From: Ignavibacteriales bacterium
GTDB lineage: Bacteria > Bacteroidota > Ignavibacteria > Ignavibacteriales > Ignavibacteriaceae
Reading direction: 5' to 3'
NCBI GenBank assembly: GCA_016707115.1
Contig: JADJIH010000001.1
Span: 751,102 to 815,101 of the forward strand
Length of the DNA: 64,000 nucleotides
Below the pieces are notes generated by a model. The model saw nothing but the letters and a program-made list of their open reading frames with translations, ran no database searches and was not told the origin of the DNA. This document shows positions 36,201 to 45,623 of this stretch, one piece after another. Made by a program: the position numbers and the translations under genes. Each line of letters begins with the position of its first letter. Positions within the stretch are counted from its first letter, which is position 1.

Positions 36201-38718
36201 TTGATTTATCAGCAGAATTAACAGCAATCAAATTAAAATTTAAATTTTCATTTACACCGTAATAGTAACCCGGAGATTTTATTCCGATAAAATAATCACG
36301 CGTAAATATTTTAAAATCAGCCCAGCGAGTAACGGTTCTTCCTGTTGGATCAAAAACATTTACTGTGGCGGTTGCATCTATGCAGCCCCCGCTGTGAATA
36401 TCAGTTGGAATTAAATATTCAATTGAGCCATTACCATTATTATCTAAAACTCCCTCCGGGAAATAACTATCTATATTAGAGTTTTTAACTGATGATTTAT
36501 TAAAACTGTAATCTGAATAGTTACTACTTGAGAAAGGTAATTGCTTAAAACTGAATTCAGATTTGAAGTTTAATCCTGATGCTTTTGCACCATAAAGATA
36601 TTCGGCTGATAGACTAATACTCACTTTTTCAGAAGGGATATATTGTTGCTTATCGGATTTAACATTTATCCTTATTTTATCAGGAACAAATTCTTCAACT
36701 TTAAAACCATAAGAACCAATCAACATCTCACTACCCGTATAAACTTCTGCAATGTATGCACCCGTTTGAGCAAATGTTGGAAGATTAAATTGTAAATCAA
36801 ATGCACCCTGATTATCTAAATCTTTTTTATACTCTTCAAATATTTTACCTGTTGGAGTTAAAATCTTTATTAGTACAGGAATGTCTTTTACCACTTTTAT
36901 CTTATCATTCCGTATAATTCCTGAGATATTAACATTGTCTCCTGGTCGGTAAAGTTCTCTTGGGCCGTATAAAAATAATTTAAATTCTTTTTGAGGAGTT
37001 GATAAACCACCAACATCAAACCTTGATGTTCCAACTTTTGTTGAACTTAAATCAAGGAAATTGTAATCATTATCTTTTTCAACAAGAATTAGACTGGGAT
37101 AAAAACCTTTTGAGTATTTCTCATCAGCAACAAACTTTACAATTCCTTCATCATCCGTTTCACCCTCATATATGGTTTGATTATTTGATGAAATGATTTT
37201 TACTCTTGCACCTGAAACACTTTCAGTTGAATTAATTTCATTTACAAAAACAAAAATTTCGCTATCAACCATTTTAGTAATTATACCGAGATTGGATAAT
37301 GAGATTATTTTCGAATCGCTTAAATATCTTTCATCATTTGAACGGATTGTTACAACATATATTCCCTTAAATCTTTTATCTAATTTATCTTTTATGTTAA
37401 GATTGATTTTTTTTAACAGGTTATCCTTGTTTTCAATTTTAATTTTTTCCGTAAAGATTTCTTTTCCATAATCTCCAACGCTGTAATTACTATTATTATA
37501 GTATGAATAATTGTCATAATAATCCTCTTCATAGCCATAGTCATCGTCTGAATAATCATCATAGTAATCATAGTAACGTCGGTATGAATTACGATTTAAA
37601 AAATGCAGCAGATTATTTTCAAATATTTGCGAATACTCAACTTCAATTTCATCGATATTAACAGAATGAACTTCGAGACTTTGACTTCCGCCTTTTAGCA
37701 GGTAAATGCCAGTCTTATCATTAAACTTAAGCGAAGGATTTACGTTTAATATTGAAATCTGCTGTTCAAAGTCGCTTTCCAGTTTTCCGCCATATAACCC
37801 GGGCAATCCTGCTTTTACTAATAGATCAACAGACTGATTATTATTCATTTCAAGTTCAATACGAATGTTGTTATCATTAATAAAAGTTTCATACTTTAAC
37901 TTTGGTTTGATGGATAGAAATTTGTTTACAACACTTTCATCAACTTTTTGAGTAGTGAAAATTTCGATCCATCCAGTTTCCCCATTTAATCCGGAGGTTA
38001 CATCTGTTATTACCAGTTTAGTTATTGATGGTAGTTCGGAATCAAAAACTCTATCATTTGCTAATGGTTTTTTCCCAAATATTGATGGTAAATTCTTTTT
38101 AATCTTTATTGAAAATTTTTGTTTTTTTTCTTTCTGTTTCATCTCACCAAAATTAACTGCAATTAATTCTGTCGTTTGATCGGACATAATCTTAAAATCA
38201 TTAACCGGGTTTCCATCATTTTTAACTTCTAGAAAATCTGCAAGTTTATTTGGATCAACTGCATAGTTAAATTTTATATTTGCCTGCACAGTAATCTTAT
38301 AGTCTTGATGAGCAATATTGGTCCAGAACAACTCAACTGCTTCCACTTCAAAATCAGGAGTATTAAATGCAAACTCCTCAAAGTCAGTACTTAGTTGTTT
38401 CTTAAATAAAACCTCATCATTTATTTTAGCTTTATAGTCCTGAATTGGACTTAACGGTGTCTCTGAGGAAAATATTAAAGTGTTTGGATTAGACCATTTA
38501 AATTTCCCATTCAGATTTGGTGTGAATGTTATGAATTTTGTGTCCACCCATTTATCTATTTGATCTGCAGGTGCTAAATCGTGTGAGAACACAATTGTAA
38601 AATTAGTTAGCTGCTCAATTTTACCTTGCGGTGAAAAAGAGGTAACTGTAACGGTGTCTGAAGAACAATTCCAAAAAATTATTGAAACAAACAGAGTAAA
38701 AAATATTGTAACCTTCAT
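33271..38718 (-). CDS. bacterial alpha-2-macroglobulin (YfhM/ECAM-type) with intact thioester motif
   Basis: It is 1815 aa. It has a signal/lipoprotein-like N-terminus (...IFWNCSS) and GYPHGCIEQT (CIEQ at nt 34654-34665). Length and repeat organisation are as in MG-domain proteins. Confidence 0.85.
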   Translation of the reverse strand: MKVTIFFTLFVSIIFWNCSSDTVTVTSFSPQGKIEQLTNFTIVFSHDLAPADQIDKWVDTKFITFTPNLNGKFKWSNPNTLIFSSETPLSPIQDYKAKINDEVLFKKQLSTDFEEFAFNTPDFEVEAVELFWTNIAHQDYKITVQANIKFNYAVDPNKLADFLEVKNDGNPVNDFKIMSDQTTELIAVNFGEMKQKEKKQKFSIKIKKNLPSIFGKKPLANDRVFDSELPSITKLVITDVTSGLNGETGWIEIFTTQKVDESVVNKFLSIKPKLKYETFINDNNIRIELEMNNNQSVDLLVKAGLPGLYGGKLESDFEQQISILNVNPSLKFNDKTGIYLLKGGSQSLEVHSVNIDEIEVEYSQIFENNLLHFLNRNSYRRYYDYYDDYSDDDYGYEEDYYDNYSYYNNSNYSVGDYGKEIFTEKIKIENKDNLLKKINLNIKDKLDKRFKGIYVVTIRSNDERYLSDSKIISLSNLGIITKMVDSEIFVFVNEINSTESVSGARVKIISSNNQTIYEGETDDEGIVKFVADEKYSKGFYPSLILVEKDNDYNFLDLSSTKVGTSRFDVGGLSTPQKEFKLFLYGPRELYRPGDNVNISGIIRNDKIKVVKDIPVLIKILTPTGKIFEEYKKDLDNQGAFDLQFNLPTFAQTGAYIAEVYTGSEMLIGSYGFKVEEFVPDKIRINVKSDKQQYIPSEKVSISLSAEYLYGAKASGLNFKSEFSFKQLPFSSSNYSDYSFNKSSVKNSNIDSYFPEGVLDNNGNGSIEYLIPTDIHSGGCIDATATVNVFDPTGRTVTRWADFKIFTRDYFIGIKSPGYYYGVNENLNFNLIAVNSADKSIPKFNATAKLVRLEWQTVLKKDNSDRYFYASEEKPFDEWEKNIVIDGKTPLKFKVNRSGKYELRISKTGDEDYQKQEFYAYGWSSSTSTSFKVDREGRISIVTDKKEYQPGETAKILFACPFSGKMLVTIERNNVLHHEYIEVKNKSAELSIKLTDDYMPNVYVTATLFKKHTPEQESPFFVGHGFSSIRVVKKENKLSVNISAPEKIKPNTTQTITIKTTPSNNIQVTLAAVDEGILQITNYESPNPFNFMYAKRPLEVNSYDLYELLLPEFKKNSSTGGDGGEDESKKRTNPIIVKRFKLLSFWSGIKKANGDGIIKIPVNIPQFNGSVRLMAVAYSNSSFGSAEKTMLVADEIIIEPQIPRTLSQNDKLISPVTIINTTDKEKQVKLTMKLDGPLKSTSQSEKTIKIKPKSSEIVVFNIEASSQVGVGKISFIVTGQANAKEEIEIAIRPISPLVVETGSGTIKANEELKILIPKNFLSNTQSTTLTISKFPAIKYAKQLKQLIGYPHGCIEQTVSKLFPQLYFEDLAKLVAPEFYKTTNPVYYVKEGIKKIESMQLHNGSIAYWQGGDYSNWWGSIYAAHFLLEAQKAKYNVSENTLDRLLDYISQQAKEPSTYNSVIYSSNGSRTIVNIAHKEILYSLYVLALAKKTDLSTMNYYKARLNLLSEDSKYFLAGAYALHGRWNSYYEIIPKSYEPVHPERLTGGSFDSDIRANALMLNVLLDLEPANKQIPIIIKYLTKNLDDAYSTQDQSFTFLALGKAAKNVSGNNLKVDVIVDGKSIANYDDKDLTIKDNRLNAKEIVVKAKGKGQVYYFWNSEGIKLNEKVKEEDSNLRVRREFYNYKTKALITNNNFTQGDLVICKISLYGMERNADNIVITDMVPAGFEIENPRLNAKAEVDWKTDSPLNINYMDIRDDRLLLFTNVTQSKKKEFYYLLRAVNQGSFQLPVIGAEAMYDREYHSFNGSGVININARK

Positions 38719-39018
38719 ATGAGCCCCAAATGAAAGAAGTGATATTAAATAGTGATTTTGGATTAAAGTAAATGATCGAATCGAAATAATAATTTGATAT
38801 CGAATTGAACTTTGAAGAGGTAGAATATAAATCCATTTTATTAAAATATTTCTCTAACAGAACTTAAATAATAAAACAATTCTAATCAATTAAGATCTTT
38901 AACTAGGTGAACTAAATTTTTTAGAAATTAAAAACTGAAAAGCAAATTCTTAAGCATGTAATCATCTAAAAGTTTCTATTCAATTTATCAAAATAACTTG
39001 ATGAAGGAAAATAAAATC

Positions 39019-39330
39019 CTATTCCAGAACGACAAGAAGCTCATTCTTTTTTACAAGTATCCCTTCTTTGGGAACAACTCGGATAATTCCGCCAACAGGT
39101 GCATTAACAATGTTTTGCATCTTCATTGCTTCCAGAATTAATAGTCTGTCACCCGCTTTTACTTTATCGCCAACTTTAACAAATACTTTCTGAATCAATC
39201 CGGGAATGAAAGCATTAACTATTTTATGATCAACAGGTTTATAAGTTTTTCTGCTTAAATACTTCTTCGTTAATCCAGTTTCATAAACTGAATCATCAAT
39301 CACCAATGTTTTTGTATTATAATTATTCAT
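39019..39330 (-). CDS. small biotinyl-domain carrier protein
   Basis: Biotinylation motif LILEAMKMQN. It is 103 aa and lies 2 nt downstream of the carboxyltransferase. Confidence 0.8.
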   Translation of the reverse strand: MNNYNTKTLVIDDSVYETGLTKKYLSRKTYKPVDHKIVNAFIPGLIQKVFVKVGDKVKAGDRLLILEAMKMQNIVNAPVGGIIRVVPKEGILVKKNELLVVLE

Positions 39331-39332
39331 AT

Positions 39333-40877
39333 TTAAAAAGGTGGAATTCCATGTTTTCTAAATGCTCTAACTTCAGATTTATTTTCAGAAACTGTTATAG
39401 CGTGAATTAAAAATTCTCTGGTCTCAGATGGATTAATAATGGAATCAACATGACCATTTGCCGCTGCAATATAGGGATTAGCAAACTTTTCTGTGTATTC
39501 TAAAACTTTCTGCTTTCTCATTTCATCCGGATCGTCTGCACCTGCAATTTCTGCTTTAAAAATTATATTCGCAGCACCTTCTGGTCCCATTACAGCAATT
39601 TCAGCAGACGGCCAAGCGAAAACAAAATCAGCTCCTAAATGTCTTGAACACATTGCAATATATCCGCCACCATAAGCCTTACGCAATATTACTGTAATTT
39701 TGGGAACTGTAGCCTCACTATAAGCATAAAGTATTTTTGCACCATGTCTAATTACGCCAGCATGTTCCTGATCGATTCCTGGTAAATATCCTGGTAAATC
39801 TACAAGTGTAACTAAAGGGATATTAAAGGCATCACAATATCTGATAAATCTTGCAGCCTTATCAGATGAGTCAACATCAAGAACACCAGCAAGAACAAGC
39901 GGCTGATTACCGACTATACCTATCGTTTCTCCATTAAGTCTTGCAAATCCAATCACAATGTTTGCAGCCCAGCTTTTTTGTATTTCAAAAAAGTCTGAAT
40001 CATCACAAATTGATTTTATAACATCACGAATGTCATAGGGTTTTTTTGGATCAAGTGGAATAATATTTTCTACATTATAATTTGATTTTGGTGGTCTTGG
40101 AGGTAATGGATCTGCTTTCTTTTTATTATTCCACGGAATAAATGAAACTAATTTTTTAATCTGTTGAAAACACTCCTGTTCGCTTTCTGCAAAAAAGTGT
40201 GCGTTACCTGTAATCTCAGTATGTACTCTTGCTCCGCCTAAATCTTCCATCGATATTTCTTCACCAAGTACCGTTTTTATTACTTCAGGGCCAGTAATAA
40301 ACATCTTTGAAATTTTATCAACAACAAAAACAAAATCTGTTAATGCAGGCGAATAAACTGCGCCCCCCGCACAGGGACCTAGTATTACAGAAATTTGCGG
40401 AATAACACCTGAAGCCATTGTGTTACGATAAAATATTTCTCCATATCCAGCTAAAGAATTTACTCCTTCTTGAATACGTGCACCTCCTGAATCATTTATG
40501 CCAATTAATGGAATACCCATTTTAATTGAGTGATCCATAATTTTTGTAATTTTTCTTGCGTGCATCAATCCTAATGATCCGCCGGCAACTGTAAAATCCT
40601 GAGCAAATATTCCAATTGGATGCCCTGCAATTGAACCAGTACCTGTAATTACTCCATCCGCTGGAAGTTTCTTTTTATCCATATCAAAGTCAGCACATTT
40701 ATGCTCAACAAATAAATCGTATTCGTGAAATGAATCCCGATCTAATAAAGTTGTTATTCTCTCCCGGGCAGGCATTTTGCCCATAGCAACTTGTTTTTCA
40801 ATTGCTTTTGTTCCGCCGCCTGTTTGTGCTTTTTCTATTCGCTTAAATAAATCTAAGAGCTTTTGTTTTAAAGACAT
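39333..40877 (-). CDS. acyl-CoA carboxyltransferase (propionyl-CoA carboxylase beta / methylmalonyl-CoA decarboxylase alpha type)
   Basis: It is 514 aa with two crotonase-like CT halves. Blocks are GGARIQEG, GPCAGGAVYSPALTDF and RKAYGGGYIAM. Confidence 0.9.
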   Translation of the reverse strand: MSLKQKLLDLFKRIEKAQTGGGTKAIEKQVAMGKMPARERITTLLDRDSFHEYDLFVEHKCADFDMDKKKLPADGVITGTGSIAGHPIGIFAQDFTVAGGSLGLMHARKITKIMDHSIKMGIPLIGINDSGGARIQEGVNSLAGYGEIFYRNTMASGVIPQISVILGPCAGGAVYSPALTDFVFVVDKISKMFITGPEVIKTVLGEEISMEDLGGARVHTEITGNAHFFAESEQECFQQIKKLVSFIPWNNKKKADPLPPRPPKSNYNVENIIPLDPKKPYDIRDVIKSICDDSDFFEIQKSWAANIVIGFARLNGETIGIVGNQPLVLAGVLDVDSSDKAARFIRYCDAFNIPLVTLVDLPGYLPGIDQEHAGVIRHGAKILYAYSEATVPKITVILRKAYGGGYIAMCSRHLGADFVFAWPSAEIAVMGPEGAANIIFKAEIAGADDPDEMRKQKVLEYTEKFANPYIAAANGHVDSIINPSETREFLIHAITVSENKSEVRAFRKHGIPPF

Positions 40878-41138
40878 TTTTTATCCAGTATTATGTAAAA
40901 TAAAAATATTTTTGATTCTAAATGTTGCAATTAACTATTTGCAATATTCAAATACTTCAAATAGTTAAATTTTAATAGCAAAAATAAAGTAATAGAAGCA
41001 TACTAACTATATTTAATGTGCCTGTTAGTATTATGTATTTAGCAAATAATTTTTCAGGAGGTTTATTTCAGAAAGTATCTGAAATATAAAAGGAGAAAAT
41101 ATTAAACAACTGATTATCGAAACAAAAATATCTCTAGC

Positions 41139-41495
41139 TTATTTTTGTTTTGGTTTCCATAAGTGCTTATCCAGTCTTACGCAGCCTTTTTCATCAAACT
41201 CAATTCCTTCATTTCTTAATAATTCTTCCATAAGATTTGGATCGCCAAAATGGATTTTGCCCGTCAGTGCTCCAAATCTATTTACGACTCTATGTGCAGG
41301 GATATCTGGTCTGCAACCATTTAATGCCCATCCAACTGTTCTTGCTGATGAACGAATGCCGCAGGCTTCTGCGATATCTCCATAAGTAGAAACTTTTCCA
41401 AATGGAATTTTTTTCGTGACTTTATATACTTTGTTAAAGAAATCTATTTTTGCTTTAGATTTTTTTTCTTCAGTCCTAATAATCTTTTTTTTCAT
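41139..41495 (-). CDS. alkyltransferase-like (ATL) protein: MGMT DNA-binding domain with active-site Cys replaced by Ala
   Basis: VSTYGDIA...G..SSARTVGWAL is followed by IPAHRVVN where MGMT has PCHRV. The Ala codon GCA is at 41295-41297. Confidence 0.8.
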   Translation of the reverse strand: MKKKIIRTEEKKSKAKIDFFNKVYKVTKKIPFGKVSTYGDIAEACGIRSSARTVGWALNGCRPDIPAHRVVNRFGALTGKIHFGDPNLMEELLRNEGIEFDEKGCVRLDKHLWKPKQK

Positions 41496-41573
41496 GATCT
41501 TTTATCTTTTTACTTTTTTCGGTTATCTTGTTTAGTAAAGAAAATTCATCCATTAGAAAAATCAGAATTAACT

Positions 41574-42590
41574 TTGATTATGACAAGTTTAAAGAGAAGA
41601 TTAATCGTTTACAAAGTTTGGTTAAGAGAATTATTTCGTTTTTGTCCAATCAGTAAATTAAAAGTTGATAAGGATAATTTATTTCTCATTTGCGGTCATC
41701 GTGGTTCTCCAGTAAATGAACCCGAAAACACAATCCAATCATTTGAAAGAGCAATGCGTGAGGGAGTTAATTCTCTGGAAACTGATTTATGTGTAACCAA
41801 AGATAAAGAGGTAATTCTTTGGCACGATTGGAATCCTAATGAACTCGTTGCGTTGATTCGAGAAAATGGAATTGAACCTGATGTTGCGTACAAGCCCGAT
41901 TTCCCTACTCCGTTTAGTGGGTTTAGAAATAAAACAAGTGAACTAACATTATCAGAGATAAGACAACACTTTAATTATGTTAAGAAAGGTGAATCTAAAT
42001 CAGTAAATGCTCACATTCCAACATTCAGGGAGTTTATAAATTGGATAAAAGATAAAAATCAAATCAAATATGTTTTTCTTGATATTAAAGTTCCAAGAGA
42101 TGAGAAGGAATTAATACTTATTATTCTTGATCAACTTGTCGAGCTAATAAAAGAGTTTAATCCTTCTGCAAAATTTATTATCGAAACATTCTACACTGAA
42201 GTCTTGGAAATAGCAAAGAAAAAATATTCTGATCTAAATTATAGTTTAGATGTTGAGATTCCGCCTGGATTTATTTTTCTTCCAAGAATTCATAGCACAA
42301 TTAAAACGGCTCTAAAGCATAAAAATAATATTGCGATTATCATGCGGCCAAGACAAATAACTATTGCAAACTGGATGACTTTTAGAAGAGTGATATGGTA
42401 TGATGTAAGAAGAAGATTACGGTTAAACAAAAAATTAGATTCCCCCAAAATCGATTTTCTAATTGGTTGCACTATAAATGATAAACGTGAAATGGAATGC
42501 TTAATTAAGAGCGGAATAAATGGCATGCAAACTGATTATCCGAGAAGATTAACCAACGTTGCTAAAATGTACAATTTAAAAAGAGAATAA
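41574..42590 (+). CDS. glycerophosphodiester phosphodiesterase (GDPD) family protein
   Basis: GHRGSP..EPENTI.SF..A...G...LETDL..TKD.E.IL.HD block. An alternative ATG lies at 41580. Confidence 0.75.
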   Translation: MIMTSLKRRLIVYKVWLRELFRFCPISKLKVDKDNLFLICGHRGSPVNEPENTIQSFERAMREGVNSLETDLCVTKDKEVILWHDWNPNELVALIRENGIEPDVAYKPDFPTPFSGFRNKTSELTLSEIRQHFNYVKKGESKSVNAHIPTFREFINWIKDKNQIKYVFLDIKVPRDEKELILIILDQLVELIKEFNPSAKFIIETFYTEVLEIAKKKYSDLNYSLDVEIPPGFIFLPRIHSTIKTALKHKNNIAIIMRPRQITIANWMTFRRVIWYDVRRRLRLNKKLDSPKIDFLIGCTINDKREMECLIKSGINGMQTDYPRRLTNVAKMYNLKRE

Positions 42591-42635
42591 GATCTTTTTT
42601 TTGCAATTGATCAAATAAACATTCAATAACAAATA

Positions 42636-44156
42636 TTAAATTCTTATTAATATTTTTGTTTTACGATTTTCAATCATATTTGAAACACTTTTCCACCGGT
42701 AATCTAAACTATCTTTTGTTAATAATACAAACCACTCATTCCATTCAATTAAAACATCAATTTTTTCATCATTAATATATTGGTATAAATTATTAGACTT
42801 GATAGCTTTTAATGCTTGGAAATTAACTTTACCATCGAGGTTAATAATATTGTCGAAAAAGAAACCTGATATACCACTTTGCGCCATTCCAATTTTTTTA
42901 TACATGTGTAGATGATTTTGAATATAAATTGGTCTTACGGCTAATCCTGTAACATTTTTTGGGATATGGAAATAATAAAAAATGTTTATAAAAAAAAAGA
43001 TGATAATTATACTTTGTAAAGTAAAATTTATCAACTTCGATTTTTTTTCAAAATATTCAAAAATTAAAACGATAAAAAATGGTAATGTAATAACAGAAGG
43101 AATCGAAATATATCGGAAATAAAAATATGGCTGAGAGGCAAAAATCAAATAGATAACTAAAATTAAACTAATGCTTATAATCCAATATTTAAGAACTTCA
43201 TTATTCCAATATTTTAGAAGTAATTGTCTCTTGTATTTAATTATTATTGTTATCACAACTATGGCGATTGGATAAAATAAAATGGTTTTTGTTAATCCTG
43301 TATGATAAAATGGAACGAAATTACTAAGTAGTGAAAATATAAATTGATCAATTCTATAACTAAATTCACTTGTACTTATTCCTGACTGGATTACTGCGGA
43401 AGTTGGTATAAAACTATTTTGAATAGAAAAAACATAATAAAACCAAGGAGTTAAAACAAAAGTTAAAGAAATAGAAATAACTATTAAATCATTAAAAGAA
43501 ATTTTTTTATTATACATTAAAAGTAAAATTAGCGTAACAGCAATGATTATAAAATCCAGCCTTGCTAGTGCAGTAACCCCCAACAGAAAACCAAATAAGA
43601 TATTGTTGCTTAAAGATGGTTTTGATTCAAGAAGTTTAAATGTTTTGTATATACATAAACCTAAAAGAACAAGATAAAGACCTGTTTCAAGTCCATTAAA
43701 AAAATTGAGAAATAATTTGAAGTTGTACAAAACCACAAGAATAGATATGAAAAACAGTTTGTTTTTTGAAGCTAAAGGAGATAGTAATAATGAAAGCTTA
43801 AATAAAATGAATACAAATAATATTTGAATCAATCCTGAAAAGAGAATAACTAATCTTAAAAAAGTATTTTTGTCTCCATTAAAAATCTTATTAATAAAAG
43901 CTAAACCTGATGTGAGAAATACAAACAGTGGTTGTATTCCTGTTGTTGGTTGACTAAAATTATATACCACCCCATCTCCATTGCCAATGTTCCAGGCGAC
44001 TTTTAAAGCGTAGAAGCCATCTTCTGTAATTGGTCTCTCAGCTAAGTACGGAAAATAGTTTGTATTGATACTTTCTTTTGGAAATTCATCCAGCGAAAAG
44101 AATGCAAGAATTAAAACATAAACAGAAAAAACAATTATTAATAAATGTTTCATCAA
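42636..44156 (-). CDS. polytopic membrane protein, GT-C-fold glycosyltransferase-like (putative)
   Basis: It is 506 aa with at least 10 hydrophobic segments, an acidic first loop (ERPITEDGFY) and a roughly 110-aa soluble C-terminus. There is no firm family motif. Confidence 0.4.
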   Translation of the reverse strand: MMKHLLIIVFSVYVLILAFFSLDEFPKESINTNYFPYLAERPITEDGFYALKVAWNIGNGDGVVYNFSQPTTGIQPLFVFLTSGLAFINKIFNGDKNTFLRLVILFSGLIQILFVFILFKLSLLLSPLASKNKLFFISILVVLYNFKLFLNFFNGLETGLYLVLLGLCIYKTFKLLESKPSLSNNILFGFLLGVTALARLDFIIIAVTLILLLMYNKKISFNDLIVISISLTFVLTPWFYYVFSIQNSFIPTSAVIQSGISTSEFSYRIDQFIFSLLSNFVPFYHTGLTKTILFYPIAIVVITIIIKYKRQLLLKYWNNEVLKYWIISISLILVIYLIFASQPYFYFRYISIPSVITLPFFIVLIFEYFEKKSKLINFTLQSIIIIFFFINIFYYFHIPKNVTGLAVRPIYIQNHLHMYKKIGMAQSGISGFFFDNIINLDGKVNFQALKAIKSNNLYQYINDEKIDVLIEWNEWFVLLTKDSLDYRWKSVSNMIENRKTKILIRI

Positions 44157-44186
44157 TCAATATCATTAAATGATTTCACGATTTGA

Positions 44187-45288
44187 TTAATTCTGACTAA
44201 ACTTTAATAAAAATGCTTTGATAAACCTGTTAATATCTCCATCCATTACGCCCTGTGTATCTGAGGTTTCTTCATCTGTTCTGTGATCTTTAACCATGTT
44301 ATAAGGATGAAAAACGTAGGAGCGAATCTGACTTCCCCATTCAATTTTCATCTTACTTTTTTCAACTTCATCAAGGGCGGCATTTTGTTTTTCTAATTCA
44401 AGTTGATAAAGTTTTGATTTTAATAATTTCATTGCATTAACGCGGTTCTGAGCCTGTGATCTTTCACTTTGGCAAGCCGCTACAATTCCTGTTGGAAGAT
44501 GTGTAAACCTAACTGCGGTTTCAACTTTGTTAACATTCTGTCCTCCTTTTCCACCGGACCGATAGGTATCTACTCTAAGATCAGCTGGATTGACTTCAAT
44601 TTCAATTGTATCATCAACTTCAGGAATAACAAATACTGAAGCAAATGATGTATGTCTTCTTTTATTTGAATCAAAGGGAGAAATTCTAACCAACCGATGA
44701 ACACCATTTTCAGCTTTCATATAACCATAAGCAAACTCGCCTTCTACCTCAACAGTTGCTGATTTAATCCCCGCCCCATCACCATCTAAAATATCAATTA
44801 AGGTCATTTTAAAACCGTTTTTCTCTCCATAACGCAAATACATTCTTAAAAGCATATCTGCCCAATCCTGCGCCTCTGTTCCACCTGCACCGGAATGTAT
44901 AGTTAGAATACAGTTTTTATTATCATCCTTGCCGCTGAGCATGTTTTTAAACTCAGCCTCGTCAATAGCTTTATCAAGTAATTCAAGTTCTTTAGAGATA
45001 TCATCTGTTAGTGACTCATCATTTTCTATTTGTGCTATCTGGATAAATTCATCAACACCTTCTGATTTTTTGTAAATGCCTCTCCAAAGTTCCACCCAGG
45101 ATTGAAGTGTTTTTATTTCCTGTAATATTTTCTGCGCACCCATCTGGTCATTCCAAAAATCCGGTGCTTCTGTTTTCTTATGTAATTCTTCTATTTTAAA
45201 TTCTTTTTTATCAACGTCAAAGATAACTCCGCAGATTATTGACTCGAATCTTGTAGTTATTTAGGGTTTTTATTTCTTCTTCAAACAT
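44187..45288 (-). CDS. prfB: peptide chain release factor 2, requires programmed +1 frameshift
   Basis: Frame-0 [23 protein letters not shown] ends at an in-frame TGA. The +1 frame continues [32 protein letters not shown]... into ORF 44187..45143. SPF and GGQ ([10 protein letters not shown]) motifs are present. Confidence 0.9.
45216..45230 (-). other. prfB +1 frameshift site (GGAG-ttat-CTT TGA C)
   Basis: Minus-strand sequence cGGAGttatCTTTGAC. CTT is at 45222-45220 and TGA at 45219-45217. An SD-like GGAG lies 4 nt upstream. Confidence 0.85.
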
Positions 45289-45301
45289 ATTTACTCCGCA
45301 A

Positions 45302-45622
45302 TTAAATTTCCTGAATTTCAATTTCCATTTTTAATAAAGCCGCTGCTAAAGTCTTCCCTTGTGCATCATGTTTAAGCGATACAGTTCCACCTCCGCCAAG
45401 AGTATTATGTAATAAAAAGTTTAAAGCTCTAAGATTTGGAAGCTCAAATCTCTCAACTTTTCCTAGACAAATACCTTCAAAGTATTTTTTTACATTTTCA
45501 GCTGTAAGTTCTTTTTTAATAATATTATAACCTCTATCATCATATGCAATAATCCCTACATTTGCAGCATCGCCCTTATCACCGCTTCTTCCGTGAGCAA
45601 TATCTAGTAATCTAATTTTCAT
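45302..45622 (-). CDS. AtuA-like ferredoxin-fold domain protein (DUF4387-like)
   Basis: It is 106 aa. The block IAHGRSGDKGD.ANVG is typical of the small partner or C-terminal domain of AtuA-family proteins. Confidence 0.6.
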   Translation of the reverse strand: MKIRLLDIAHGRSGDKGDAANVGIIAYDDRGYNIIKKELTAENVKKYFEGICLGKVERFELPNLRALNFLLHNTLGGGGTVSLKHDAQGKTLAAALLKMEIEIQEI

Positions 45623-45623
45623 A

